Shown here: piece after piece, positions 19,007-29,547 of the stretch | Position numbering within the stretch: position 1 is the stretch's first letter | Layout: every line of letters begins with the position of its first letter | Virus record (IMG/VR): IMGVR_UViG_3300035698_022738 | Coordinates: 1 to 64,000 of that record | Direction: 5' to 3' (one strand) | From: a virus | Length of the DNA: 64,000 nt | The notes under the pieces: model-generated | The model's input: only the letters and a program-made list of their open reading frames with translations | What the model was told of the DNA's origin: nothing | Databases searched by the model: none | Position numbers and translations under genes: made by a program

Positions 19007-20152
19007 ATGTACGGTGTTCGAGCAACGCATTTGTCGCTAGAAGAATACTGGGAGTTCCTTCAGCTTGATGAGCCCTTTGGGTATGGGATAAGAAATCATC
19101 CTGATCTGACCCCAACAGGAAACGTAACCTGTGGGACATACTGGGATCAAAGAGAACGGGTGTATCTAGCAAATGCGATTGCAAAGACTGAGAACCGTCT
19201 CAGGGCTGACCGTTGGCTGGGGTTCCCCGTCCGGAGGGAGTATGTAGGCCCCCGAGAGATTGAGTGGTCTGTACCATTGTGTTTTGGGAAGTATATCAGG
19301 CAGATTGGGGTAGAAGCAGAAATCACAATCCAGGCCGGACAGACTCTGGACCTGCAAAATGGAAGTATCAACGACCCAGTAGAGTTCACAGTTGCTGTTG
19401 ATTTCACGGATATTGATGAGTTGATCCTTTACTACCCAGACCAGACAAAGTACACAATACGGCCCTCAAGTGTGGTATTTGCTGGCGGGATTGCTACAGT
19501 TCAAGTGCCCAGGTGCAGATTGTTGAAGCCTGCATATTTTATCAACTACGTGCAGGACACTGACAGGCCAGACTACACTGATGACGACAATTTTCTGGCG
19601 ACGGTGGATGTTGTCCGGAATTATGTGGATACCACGACTGGAACCAACGTTGTTTGGAACAGGGACCCATATCAGATACGACCCTACTCTCCTGGGCCTG
19701 TCTTTGATCCGGTTTTTGGGACGTGCAAGCCAACAGGGCCTGTGAACCAGGAACTCCAATTAGCCCGAGGTGCTGTTGTGAACCAGAGAGATGGAGAGGT
19801 TTTGGTTGAACCTGGTGCTTATGCTGATGGTGCCTGGACGCGCTCAAATTATACAATTTGCCGGAATCCTGACATGGTTCAAACCAATTTCATGCAGGGC
19901 TATTATGATCGGTATGACGAGATTGATGCCGATCTCACCAAGGCAATCATATCTGTGGCCCATAACAACATGCCACAGGACCCGTGTTTTCGTTGTGCGA
20001 CTACTCAGCAGTATTACGAGCGAGATGTTTCCCCGCTTGAGCCCCCCGTGAGTCTAAGGCTTGGTCCAAGTACATGGGGAATTTATGAGGCAGTTCAAAT
20101 TCTCAAAGAGTTTGACGCCAAGCTCAATCCATATCACGGAGGTATGCTGTGA
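19007..20152 (+). CDS. Putative head-tail connector / virion structural protein
   Basis: Position before the tail genes; helical ends with a beta-rich insert; no clear motif. Confidence 0.45.
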   Translation: MYGVRATHLSLEEYWEFLQLDEPFGYGIRNHPDLTPTGNVTCGTYWDQRERVYLANAIAKTENRLRADRWLGFPVRREYVGPREIEWSVPLCFGKYIRQIGVEAEITIQAGQTLDLQNGSINDPVEFTVAVDFTDIDELILYYPDQTKYTIRPSSVVFAGGIATVQVPRCRLLKPAYFINYVQDTDRPDYTDDDNFLATVDVVRNYVDTTTGTNVVWNRDPYQIRPYSPGPVFDPVFGTCKPTGPVNQELQLARGAVVNQRDGEVLVEPGAYADGAWTRSNYTICRNPDMVQTNFMQGYYDRYDEIDADLTKAIISVAHNNMPQDPCFRCATTQQYYERDVSPLEPPVSLRLGPSTWGIYEAVQILKEFDAKLNPYHGGML

Positions 20153-20520
20153 AAGTGAATGTTGTTGAGGTGAATGAACACTGGGTTGTAGTCCAGTTCA
20201 TTGATACTTTTAGCAGTCTACAGAGACGCATGATACCGAAGGCGTTATCGCCTACTACCACGAAAGGGCCAGTCACTCTTTCACGGAATCTTGTGTACTC
20301 TGGGATGGAATACTCCAACGTTGATTTAGAGGCTGAGTTGGGGGAAATGTATTTGGACATTCCGGTCAGCATCCTACAAAACAAACTTCGAGAGAGGGGT
20401 TTTTGGACTGCGGCGGATTATCAAAAGAACCCTAGAGATGTACAATGGGTTGTGCGACAGCTGGCAGGAGCAAATATCAGCATAACCGATATTCTGAATG
20501 CGGCAGCTCGGCACACTTGA
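20149..20520 (+). CDS. Hypothetical protein (virion module)
   Basis: GGAGG RBS; GTGA overlap. Confidence 0.6.
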   Translation: MKVNVVEVNEHWVVVQFIDTFSSLQRRMIPKALSPTTTKGPVTLSRNLVYSGMEYSNVDLEAELGEMYLDIPVSILQNKLRERGFWTAADYQKNPRDVQWVVRQLAGANISITDILNAAARHT

Positions 20521-20536
20521 TCGAAGGGAGTCATGA

Positions 20537-21973
20537 ATGTCTCAAGAGCTATACTATGCTGGTGAGGTTGCTCTGTGGTTGCAAAGAGATTGTGGCGATG
20601 CATGGGAATTTCTGGGATGCCATAATCTGACAGGTGTCTCCGTCCCTAAAGGAGACACAAACGCAAGTTACTGTCGGACAGGCAAGAACGTGTACGACAT
20701 CAAGCGGACCTGGAAAGGAACACCCGGACTGGGATCGGCAACAGTCGTTGCGTATGATACGGTCCTGAATCTTATTCAGGAGTTGCCTTGCCCGTTTTAC
20801 CTCTTCGCACTGCACAGTGCCTGTGGAGCTGATGATGACCCCAAAAACTACGACTACCTCTACATGTATGAGGGCATAGAGCCCACATCAGAAGACACAG
20901 ACACCCATGTTTCCGGGATGTCCGCCGATGACCAGACGGAAATCACGTTAAGCTTCCCGGTATCATTCAAAAAGCGGTACAAAGTAAAGGGCCTGACAGC
21001 CCAGACCAGAGAACTTTCTGTAGCAACAGACCTTGAAAGCGTCTGGTTCTGTGACGAGCCAGAGTGTGGAAACCTCTGTGGCAACAAGTCAGTAGGTTGC
21101 CAGACTGGGTTCTTTGTTGGAGACAATGGAGTTATCAAACTGACGGAAGATGGGGGCGGATCATTTTCGACTGTCTCCTCACCGTTCACTACTGGAACAG
21201 ACCCAATCAGTGTGGTCAGATGCTCCGGTGATCTGGTCATCGTAGTTGATGGCACAGCAACATCGTATGCCTACAGCTGGGATGGTGGAACAACCTGGAC
21301 GGAAGTCACGACACTGACCAAACTGATCAATGACGTGTTTGTGATGGGCGGAACCAAGATTTGGGCGGTTGCCCAGGGTGGATACGTGTACTTCAGTTCT
21401 GATCGGGGAGCGTCGTTCTCAGTTCAGGATGCTGGGGCGGCAACAACCTACTCGTTGAACGCCGTCTCATTCTCTGACTCGTTGAAAGGTTATGCAGTAG
21501 GTGATACAAATTCCTTTATCCGGACAAGTGACGGCGGTGAAATCTGGGAGGCTGTGACAGGGCCTGCCCCGGCTGTTGTCAACAACGATCTATATTCTGT
21601 GGCTGCTGTCTCGGGGTCGGACGTTGTGTTCATCGGAGACGAGTCTGGTAATCTCTATCGGTCAGAGGACAATGGAGACAACTGGACAACTGTTTTTGCG
21701 AGTGTCACATCTTCGGCGGGTGGAGTCGTTGGTATTGCAGCTCCGCATTGCAATATCGTAGCCATCATTATCAACGACGAAGACCCATACTGGTACTCCG
21801 GCGCAACCGTGGACGGACTGATGTATCAGACAATCGACGGTGGAAATAGCTGGAATTCTATCGAATTGCCTGCAAATGACGGCCTGAATGCAATATACGC
21901 CTGCGACCATAACAAATACTGGATCGTGGGTGAGGATGGGTTTGCAGCTGTCGTTTCCGGACCTTCGATTTGA
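20537..21973 (+). CDS. Putative major tail (tube) protein with a C-terminal BNR/Ycf48-like beta-propeller
   Basis: Directly precedes the chaperone and tape measure genes; repeated S/TxDGGxxW/F Asp-boxes in the C-terminal ~300 aa. Confidence 0.6.
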   Translation: MSQELYYAGEVALWLQRDCGDAWEFLGCHNLTGVSVPKGDTNASYCRTGKNVYDIKRTWKGTPGLGSATVVAYDTVLNLIQELPCPFYLFALHSACGADDDPKNYDYLYMYEGIEPTSEDTDTHVSGMSADDQTEITLSFPVSFKKRYKVKGLTAQTRELSVATDLESVWFCDEPECGNLCGNKSVGCQTGFFVGDNGVIKLTEDGGGSFSTVSSPFTTGTDPISVVRCSGDLVIVVDGTATSYAYSWDGGTTWTEVTTLTKLINDVFVMGGTKIWAVAQGGYVYFSSDRGASFSVQDAGAATTYSLNAVSFSDSLKGYAVGDTNSFIRTSDGGEIWEAVTGPAPAVVNNDLYSVAAVSGSDVVFIGDESGNLYRSEDNGDNWTTVFASVTSSAGGVVGIAAPHCNIVAIIINDEDPYWYSGATVDGLMYQTIDGGNSWNSIELPANDGLNAIYACDHNKYWIVGEDGFAAVVSGPSI

Positions 21974-22040
21974 TTGAGTCGAAAGACTCCTTAGACGTGA
22001 GGGAAAATTATGAATAGCTTGATAAAAGCTTGGGGGAAAC

Positions 22041-22655
22041 ATGGCTACAAAGAAAAAAGACACAAGAATTGTTACACTTCCGACCTCTGGTGAAAAGATA
22101 ACAGTTCACCAGGTCCCAACAGCTGTCTTGAGCGGGGTTACACCTAAAGAACCTCGCCCGAGACGGCCTGTTGTCGAAATGAAAATTGCAGGGGGGGCAA
22201 TCCAGAAGCGTGCCGCAAAGCCAGGGGACGATGAATGGGATGCCTACGAAGAGGAAAAGACGTTATGGGATGAGAAGCGTTTCAAGCTTCGTGATGACGT
22301 TGCTCTTTGCCTTGCACTCCGCACCTATGAGTTTCCGGATGAGTTGACCTTCCCAGATTACATTGAGGAGCTTTTTGATCTTGGCATGATGGAAAAGCCA
22401 AGTGATCCTTACTCTCTCAAGGCCCTTTGGATCAAGACCTTTGTCCTCTCTGGTATGGGCGATGAGTTTGAGGTTGAAATGGCCTTGCAGGCTCTGACAG
22501 GAGTTCCGGAGGAGTCCATCGAACAAATGAAGGCCGACTTTCGATCTAAAATTTTCGGGCAAGTCGATGGAGGAGTGGGAGAGGATTCTAACGGCTCCGA
22601 CTCCGGACAACCTGAAGAAAATGTCGAAGTCGGGGACGTTTTGGCGGGAGACTAG
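22041..22655 (+). CDS. Tail assembly chaperone (gpG-like)
   Basis: Position between the tail tube and tape measure genes; acidic; overlapping downstream ORF. Confidence 0.6.
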   Translation: MATKKKDTRIVTLPTSGEKITVHQVPTAVLSGVTPKEPRPRRPVVEMKIAGGAIQKRAAKPGDDEWDAYEEEKTLWDEKRFKLRDDVALCLALRTYEFPDELTFPDYIEELFDLGMMEKPSDPYSLKALWIKTFVLSGMGDEFEVEMALQALTGVPEESIEQMKADFRSKIFGQVDGGVGEDSNGSDSGQPEENVEVGDVLAGD

Positions 22656-22794
22656 AGCTGCCTATAAATCCGGCTACATGGACGTTTGGAACGATCTGGA
22701 TATGACAACCAAGGCATGGATAATTGCAGCTACAGAGACAATTGAACTTCTGGAACAGGCGTCTTACCATGAATCGTCACAACCGACTGAATAA
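22531..22794 (+). CDS. Tail assembly chaperone frameshift extension (gpT-like), +1 frame
   Basis: The +1 frame opens at 22531, just before GAC TTT CGA (22536-22544); product contains WNDLDMTTKAWIIAA. Confidence 0.55.
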   Translation, partial: RPTFDLKFSGKSMEEWERILTAPTPDNLKKMSKSGTFWRETRAAYKSGYMDVWNDLDMTTKAWIIAATETIELLEQASYHESSQPTE

Positions 22795-22840
22795 TTTCCG
22801 ATAGGAAAGGGAGGTATCCCATAGAGCATTGAGAGAGCTT

Positions 22841-23326
22841 ATGGCTACCCACGTCAAATTTATAGTCCCTGGACCCTATAGACCCTCAAAAATTCGAGAG
22901 GCCATTGCCTTTGGTCTGTCTAGGACTGGAGAGTTGGTTAAGGTTGACTATGCTCTTGCAACATCCACCTGGGAGGCAGGGAATGTACCAGAGTGGCAAG
23001 AACAAACTCCAAGACTGGAAGGGGGTGCTCTCGTTTGGAAATATACAACAGAGAGCACTCCCTTTGTGTATGTTGACAATGGGACAGTTGGGGGCTATCC
23101 AATTGTTCCCGTCAACGCAAAGTTCTTGAGATTCACTGAGGGATTTATACCAAAGACAAAACCTGGGAGATTGCTGCCTGGGCCAGGGGCAAGATTTGGT
23201 GACTATCAGTTCCGGAAAAAAGTGATCCATCCAGGAGTTGAACCCAGAGACATGTCAGGTGAGGTAGCAGATCGAGCTGATATGGTTTTGGCTAAGTTCA
23301 TTCTTGAGAGCTTGGGAGAAATTTGA
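22841..23326 (+). CDS. Tail completion / HK97 gp10-like protein
   Basis: YVDNGT...IVPVNAKFLRF...KKVIHPG pattern. Confidence 0.6.
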   Translation: MATHVKFIVPGPYRPSKIREAIAFGLSRTGELVKVDYALATSTWEAGNVPEWQEQTPRLEGGALVWKYTTESTPFVYVDNGTVGGYPIVPVNAKFLRFTEGFIPKTKPGRLLPGPGARFGDYQFRKKVIHPGVEPRDMSGEVADRADMVLAKFILESLGEI

Positions 23327-26037
23327 TGGCTACAGATACCAAAGGTCTACGAAAAGCAGGAGTCATTCTAACTGCTGAGAACTACGAAGACTACATGAGA
23401 AAACTTCGGGCTATCAATCAAGCCAATCAAGAGGCTTTCAACAAAAAGCCCATGGAGGAATACGTCGCAGGAGCAAAAAAAGCTTCTCAAGCTGCGAAGG
23501 GACTCAGTTCTGATACCATGAGTCTGGGTCAAAAAGTAGGACTTTTGGCAAAAGGCGGAATGCGAGGATTATTTACCAAACTGGTGGGTTCATTTGCAGC
23601 CCTGCCTCCGCCCATAGCTGCAGCTGCAGCTGCAATTGCTTTTCTTACAGTCAATCTCAAAAAATTTTCCAAAGAAGCTCTCAAGGTTGCGGAGCGTAAT
23701 GAAACTCTAGGTGTTGTCCTGGGGCAAGTTGGCAAAAACGCAGGCTACACGTCGGATCAAGTCGAGGCAGCAACCTCGCAAGTCAAGGCCATGGGCATTT
23801 CAACCAGTGCTGCCACTCACTCACTCACTCTGATGGCTCAAGAAAGCATTAAATGGACGGGAGCAACCAAGTTAGCTAGGGTTGCTCAGGATGCTGCTGT
23901 CATTGGCATGACAAACTCATCTGAGGCATTCAATCGGCTGATTTACGGTATCAAAACGGGTCAGGTCGAGATTCTCAGAACGATTGGGCTGAACGTCGAT
24001 TTCCAGCGATCTTATGCACAGCTGGCAGTCCAGTTGAACACGACTGTTGACAATCTTACAGATCAGGAGGAAATGCAAGCCCGAGTTAACGCTGTTTTAG
24101 AGGCAGGTACAAAGATTCAAGGGACCTATGAAGCCACCCTGGATACGACCAGCAGAAAAACTGAGTTAATGGCCCAATCTATCGAAGAGGCCCAAAACAA
24201 TTTTGGTCAAATGCTCTTGCCAGTAAAGAGAGTATCCGTAGCATTAAAATATGAGTTTTGGAAAGGTGTAGAACAATCATCTTTAGGCTTGAAGAATATG
24301 GGCGTCCTGATAGATATGATTACTGATGATTTTCTCGGGCTGTTTGGTACAGTCCAAGAGGGTGAAGGATTTTGGGAGCATATGGGTTTAAGCTTGCATG
24401 AGACAACGCGAGCTTTAGCCTACTTCATGGCAATGGTGAAAGCCACTGTACGGTCTGTCTTGAACGACCTCAATATTATGGGGGCTGGCTGGAATTCCAC
24501 GTTTGATCTGATCACTGGCAAGAAATCATGGGAAGAGCATGTCAAGTTTATGGCACAGGTGTCTGTTGATCTCTATGAATCGGTAGTCCAGGGACCAGCA
24601 GGAGAGCTTGGCAATGTTATGGATGAGATGATAGCCAAGAACGAGCACGTTTTTGAATCCTGGGATGAAATGAAAAATAGGATCAAAAGCGAAGCCAATG
24701 TTGATCTTACCCTCCAGCCCTCTGCGGGGGACAACTACATCAAAACATTGGAGGATCAGATTCAGGCAGTGCACGCCTACAACCAAGCTCTTCTGCAAGC
24801 TGAGCGTATTGTAGAGAACTACAATGCAGCTCTCAGTAAAGCTTCTGAAAGTAGACAAAAGTCGATAGAAGCTGAAGAGGCCAAGCATACTAAGTCTTTG
24901 CTCGCACTTCAGGATAAGGCCCAAGAGAGTTTAATTTCTGCCTATCAAAACTATGAGGATAGACGAGCAAAACTCATTGACGATTACAGTTATCGACAGG
25001 CAAAAAATGTTGAACAAAAGAACCTTCAAGAGGCCCAAGAACAACGTAGATTTGAGTTGGGTCAGCTCCAGAATTTCCGGAGATTCAAGCTACAAGAGAA
25101 ATGGCTCAGAGCTGAGGGCGATGTCCTGGGTGTTATGCAGTTGAAAGAGAGCTATGCGCTTCAGAAAAAAGAAGCAGAGGAAAATAGGAATGAAAACCTG
25201 AAGTCCGCAGAGGAAAATAACACTGTACAGCTGAAACTGCAAGAAGAGGCACTCCGGCGAAGCTTGCGACAATTGGACATCGACCTAGCTAAACGCCGAG
25301 ATGAAATAGCAAGTAGCTATGTAGATGAACAAGCTGAACTCGAAGAGGCTCACTCAGAACGTTTGGCCTCAATTGAGCAAGCCTATATAGAACAACTCAG
25401 GCTGGCAAAAGAGCAAAGAGATGAGCAACTTACTCAATTAGGGAAAGCTCTTCAAGACGAGAAAACACTGACAGAAGAGGGCATGTCAAAAATACAAACT
25501 GCGATTGCAGAGGTCTTTGGGGATGAGGCAGCCGGAGACGCGCTGATTACAGGGTGGAAAGATAGGTCGAAATCTGAGATCGGTATAATGGTGGATGAGG
25601 GCATAGCAGAAATCAAGCGACTTCAGGCTGAGATAGATAAGATCAGTGCCTCTGGAATTGTTCCAACAGGCAGGCAACCTAACTTTTTTGCTCCTCCGGA
25701 ACCGACATCTATGCCTTTTGGCCCAGGAGCAGCTACCTATGGTCTTCCCTACTTACCATTTGGGCGAAGAGCCCCAGCTGCTACCTACCCGATGAGAGAG
25801 GGTGGAGTTGGAAAAGTGACGGGTCCTGCAATGTTTGAAGTAGAGCCAGGACAAAAAGAATACTTCTCTTTCATGCCTGAGTCTAAAGCAAATCGTGCCT
25901 TGAATGTCAACGCAGCTGTCTCGGGCGGAATTGATGTTAGAGGCGCAGGCAACGCATCTTCCGGAACTGTCGATGCAGCTGTGGAGTTGACAATGGAAGA
26001 GCTGAGACAGGCAATCAAGCGGATGGCCGGGAGGTAA
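23326..26037 (+). CDS. Tape measure protein
   Basis: ~903 aa, Ala-rich helical N-terminal half with an A..RL..GI..GQ.EIL..IGL segment, long coiled coil. Confidence 0.85.
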   Translation: MATDTKGLRKAGVILTAENYEDYMRKLRAINQANQEAFNKKPMEEYVAGAKKASQAAKGLSSDTMSLGQKVGLLAKGGMRGLFTKLVGSFAALPPPIAAAAAAIAFLTVNLKKFSKEALKVAERNETLGVVLGQVGKNAGYTSDQVEAATSQVKAMGISTSAATHSLTLMAQESIKWTGATKLARVAQDAAVIGMTNSSEAFNRLIYGIKTGQVEILRTIGLNVDFQRSYAQLAVQLNTTVDNLTDQEEMQARVNAVLEAGTKIQGTYEATLDTTSRKTELMAQSIEEAQNNFGQMLLPVKRVSVALKYEFWKGVEQSSLGLKNMGVLIDMITDDFLGLFGTVQEGEGFWEHMGLSLHETTRALAYFMAMVKATVRSVLNDLNIMGAGWNSTFDLITGKKSWEEHVKFMAQVSVDLYESVVQGPAGELGNVMDEMIAKNEHVFESWDEMKNRIKSEANVDLTLQPSAGDNYIKTLEDQIQAVHAYNQALLQAERIVENYNAALSKASESRQKSIEAEEAKHTKSLLALQDKAQESLISAYQNYEDRRAKLIDDYSYRQAKNVEQKNLQEAQEQRRFELGQLQNFRRFKLQEKWLRAEGDVLGVMQLKESYALQKKEAEENRNENLKSAEENNTVQLKLQEEALRRSLRQLDIDLAKRRDEIASSYVDEQAELEEAHSERLASIEQAYIEQLRLAKEQRDEQLTQLGKALQDEKTLTEEGMSKIQTAIAEVFGDEAAGDALITGWKDRSKSEIGIMVDEGIAEIKRLQAEIDKISASGIVPTGRQPNFFAPPEPTSMPFGPGAATYGLPYLPFGRRAPAATYPMREGGVGKVTGPAMFEVEPGQKEYFSFMPESKANRALNVNAAVSGGIDVRGAGNASSGTVDAAVELTMEELRQAIKRMAGR

Positions 26038-26041
26038 GAAG

Positions 26042-26419
26042 ATGGCTAGTGGTGGAATATACAGAATTGCCGGGGTTGAATTTCCAGCTCCTGTCACAGA
26101 ATGGCAGCAACAGGTGATTGGGCCTGGTTTGGATGGGTACCCAATACTTTGCAGTTATTCGATTCATGTCTGGTCATGGCCGGGAGGTGGTCTTGAGAGC
26201 TACTACATGGAGATGCTCTTGGACAAATTCTTTGATCAGGCAAGCACTCGTGCTCAAGTTGGACCGATTGAGACAGACCCCTATGACGCATCCGGCGGGT
26301 GTGAGGAGTATGGGACAACGACGTATACAGATGCCATACTCCTGAATGTAACTCCGGTGAGACGAGGATTGCCCCATTACGATGATCCCGAGGTGACTTT
26401 TGAGGTCTATGTCGGATAA
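26042..26419 (+). CDS. Putative distal tail protein
   Basis: Small gene immediately after the tape measure gene. Confidence 0.45.
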   Translation: MASGGIYRIAGVEFPAPVTEWQQQVIGPGLDGYPILCSYSIHVWSWPGGGLESYYMEMLLDKFFDQASTRAQVGPIETDPYDASGGCEEYGTTTYTDAILLNVTPVRRGLPHYDDPEVTFEVYVG

Positions 26420-26436
26420 CCTGGTGAGGGAGTGAT

Positions 26437-27288
26437 ATGGCAACACCATCAATTCCAAATTCATTCCTGACAAAACTTAGAGCCACAAGACAGGCTGCAA
26501 AGTTCTACATGACCAAGCTTGAACTTCGACAGTTCAGAGCTTTTTGCTGCGACATTGACAGCGAGGTAATTTCAGATGTTGCCAAGAATCCTGTTGTGAT
26601 TCTTGACATGCCACAACTCATCTGCCTGGGAGACACCGTTGACTGGGACTTGAGTGATTCATATGCGCCAGGCTCAACAGTCACTGCCTATTCGATAGAT
26701 ATGGATGATTTAACCACCTATGCAGTAGCCTCTGGGAATCATACTTATGCAGCTGTGGGGACCTATACGGTCGAAGCGACTATCACAGAAGGAACCGGAC
26801 TGACTACAACGATTGAATTGGAGGTCATTGTAGTTGATTGCTCTGTTCCGCTCATGATGGGCTTTGCTTATATTGCCACAGATGGGGGGGGCGTCTACTT
26901 TGTAAACTGGAACGATGCCGTTCCTGCCTGGGAGGCCAGGAACACTGGCCTTGAGGGAAATGCTCTCTTTGTTCGTGATCTTGAAATCAGGCCGGGACAC
27001 AAAGACATTCCTGACGCATATCATGAGCTTTGGGCTGCTACAGCTGATGGGGTATATCGCTCATTCACTGGTGGGCGCAGCTGGGCAAAGATGATTTTAG
27101 ACGAGCCTGTCAATTCAGCTGGGGACACTCCCGCTCCGGAGATGGCCGATTTGGACTTTGTGAGTGTGGAATACGATCCTGCTGTGCAGGATAAGGTGTA
27201 TGTTCTTGCTACGTCACCCACCAGATCATGGGTCTACTACACGACAGACATCGGTATAACTTGGAATAATGAGCAGGTAGGTTTGTAA
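26437..27288 (+). CDS. Tail protein with a PKD domain and BNR repeats
   Basis: SYAPGSTVTAYSID..HTYAAVGTYTV (PKD); RSFTGGRSW and TTDIGITW. Confidence 0.7.
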   Translation: MATPSIPNSFLTKLRATRQAAKFYMTKLELRQFRAFCCDIDSEVISDVAKNPVVILDMPQLICLGDTVDWDLSDSYAPGSTVTAYSIDMDDLTTYAVASGNHTYAAVGTYTVEATITEGTGLTTTIELEVIVVDCSVPLMMGFAYIATDGGGVYFVNWNDAVPAWEARNTGLEGNALFVRDLEIRPGHKDIPDAYHELWAATADGVYRSFTGGRSWAKMILDEPVNSAGDTPAPEMADLDFVSVEYDPAVQDKVYVLATSPTRSWVYYTTDIGITWNNEQVGL

Positions 27289-28439
27289 TGGCGACTCTTA
27301 GTTGGAATTGGTTAAGTGATCTGGAGACCTGGGCATTGCAAGGATCGTCTATGGGCTCTCCTAGTGTAATCTACGATGGAGCAGATGGTGACCCTGCAAA
27401 TGGTTGTATGGAGGTAGAAGGTATCTCATCTGTGTTTATGGGTACTGAATACGTAGATTCTGAAATCGACTTTGGTGGTGAGGGTGATGGCTATGTTGTT
27501 GGAGCATTAGGATCACAGATTCAGTTGAATGTAAAGATGACCTCTCTATTGTCTGGCTATGTGTACTTGTATGCAAACCTGAGAACAGCTGGTTGGGTCA
27601 ACCTTGGCTACATTTATAGGATAGCAAATCCAACACCAGGAAAGCCTGATGGGACTTGGAGAACATATTACGAGTCTATTGGTGCTGTGTATGCTGGTGA
27701 TATTTTAGATGGGTTTCGTATTCGGCTTCAGCATGGGTCTCTGACTGCCACGGGAACACATACGATTCACATAGACACAATGTCCATAGACAACTTGACG
27801 GCCGAACCGTCTGGCTACACCGTATTTTTCGATCCTACCCTGGTGACAGGAACAGGAATTCCTTCCTTGTCTATGGACATTGCCCCCGACGGAAAGGTCA
27901 TCCTTGGATTGTGGAACGTAAGCTCTCATCCTATCGTTTTAGTTGGGTCCGGACTTCCGGGATGCGCGTGGTCAACTGTATACAATCCTGGAGCAGGGAC
28001 ATGTGTTCATGTTCTAGCCGGAAGGAAAGACTCAGAGAAGTTTTGGATTTGTGGAGACTTTGGAACACCAAAGGTTCGAGTCACTGAAGACTCTGGGGCC
28101 AATTGGTCAACGGTTGATCCGGCATGGGCGTCTGTAACAGCAGTGTACCCGATGCACTTGTGGGCGGAAAACGATGATTCTTTGACTGTCATGACAGGGG
28201 ATCAGTTGCAAGTCAAAGAGACAAGAGACATGGGAGCGAGTTGGACAGAGAGGAACGGAGCTTTGCCATTTGTGGTCAGTGCCTTTGATTTGCTTGATGT
28301 TTATCCTCAAGAGGGGATTTTTGGTCGGATTGTAGCCAATGCAGATCGAGTCAGGGCAACAATAGATAACTGGGCAACAACTGTCGATATTTCAACGGGA
28401 ACTCCAAATGCAGCTGTGACAAAGGTGATTGTGGGCTAA
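27288..28439 (+). CDS. Tail protein, jelly-roll-like N-terminus plus BNR repeats
   Basis: TEDSGANW, TRDMGASW and TIDNWAT Asp-boxes. Confidence 0.62.
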   Translation: MATLSWNWLSDLETWALQGSSMGSPSVIYDGADGDPANGCMEVEGISSVFMGTEYVDSEIDFGGEGDGYVVGALGSQIQLNVKMTSLLSGYVYLYANLRTAGWVNLGYIYRIANPTPGKPDGTWRTYYESIGAVYAGDILDGFRIRLQHGSLTATGTHTIHIDTMSIDNLTAEPSGYTVFFDPTLVTGTGIPSLSMDIAPDGKVILGLWNVSSHPIVLVGSGLPGCAWSTVYNPGAGTCVHVLAGRKDSEKFWICGDFGTPKVRVTEDSGANWSTVDPAWASVTAVYPMHLWAENDDSLTVMTGDQLQVKETRDMGASWTERNGALPFVVSAFDLLDVYPQEGIFGRIVANADRVRATIDNWATTVDISTGTPNAAVTKVIVG

Positions 28440-29542
28440 TGGCAGAAGAATTGAAAGACCTTTCAATTGAGAGTATTGAGGGAGACGCCGAAGTCGGAGG
28501 CTGGCAAGCCAACCTCGGATTCATGAATGACCAGTCTCAGGCAGAGTATGGTCGCCGGGGGAAGATCACTTTTCTGATGGAGGGAGCTGGTGTTTTCTCT
28601 AGCCCCAAATCAGTCGGATTGGTTGGAAGCATATTCCCCCGACAGGTAACTTACGACAAGCGTCAATCAAGGTCTGAAGTTATCCTGGGTACTACGCATC
28701 TGTACATGGAGCAAGCTGGCCTGCAAGGCCTCTATTTTAGCGATCAGGCCGTGCCAGCAAACCCGCATCAGATGGTTGATCTTAGTCTGGCTAAGATTGT
28801 GCAGCATATCGTAGAGCAGCATACTAATATCAGTTCAACCGCTTTTATCCAAGAGTCTGATGGATCTTACAGTGCAGTTTTGCGCGGGGGTTGGGTAGAC
28901 ACAACGGGAATAAACACAGCAGATTCCACAACGGTAGATGTCTATTCTGTTAAAGAGACTCGGTCCATGTGGACAGCAATAAAAGCCATTGCTGCCAATG
29001 AGATGGGAGTTGTCTACTTTACAAAAAATGATGAACTTATCTATCAGTATCACCCCATGTTTGCCCCTGTCCTTCCAGACGTTACCTTAGATATAACTCA
29101 GAATATGGTCATCGACCAACCGCTCCTGAAATTCAATGAAGAGGCAAAGCCAGATCAAGTACAGTTGTATGCCTTCCAGGACCCTGGGGAAGAGCTTAAA
29201 TCGTTCTATCCAGAGGAAATGGGAGCGGAGGGACGCAGACATCGTATATCAAATATGCGGTGCAATACTCAAGCACGTTTAGATGTTTTGTCAGCTCGTC
29301 TCTATAACCAATTACACCGGGATTGGATTGTTGTTCTAAAGCTCCCAGGAGCGATTGGTTCGTTGTTGGAGTTGTTTGATCGGGTATCATTTACCTATAC
29401 TGGAACAGCTCAAAACGGAGTCGATATTGATTGGGACGAAAAAAAGTTCTGGGTCTCAAAAATCCGAGTCTCTCGGGTGCATAACTTTGGGGCAATAACT
29501 GAGCTGAGCCTGGAAGAAGAGCACGTAATTGTAGAGGAATAG
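28439..29542 (+). CDS. Putative tail tip/baseplate hub protein
   Basis: Position; ELFDRV..T...F.V..I...TEL.L C-terminus typical of hub proteins. Confidence 0.55.
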   Translation: MAEELKDLSIESIEGDAEVGGWQANLGFMNDQSQAEYGRRGKITFLMEGAGVFSSPKSVGLVGSIFPRQVTYDKRQSRSEVILGTTHLYMEQAGLQGLYFSDQAVPANPHQMVDLSLAKIVQHIVEQHTNISSTAFIQESDGSYSAVLRGGWVDTTGINTADSTTVDVYSVKETRSMWTAIKAIAANEMGVVYFTKNDELIYQYHPMFAPVLPDVTLDITQNMVIDQPLLKFNEEAKPDQVQLYAFQDPGEELKSFYPEEMGAEGRRHRISNMRCNTQARLDVLSARLYNQLHRDWIVVLKLPGAIGSLLELFDRVSFTYTGTAQNGVDIDWDEKKFWVSKIRVSRVHNFGAITELSLEEEHVIVEE

Positions 29543-29547
29543 GTAGA

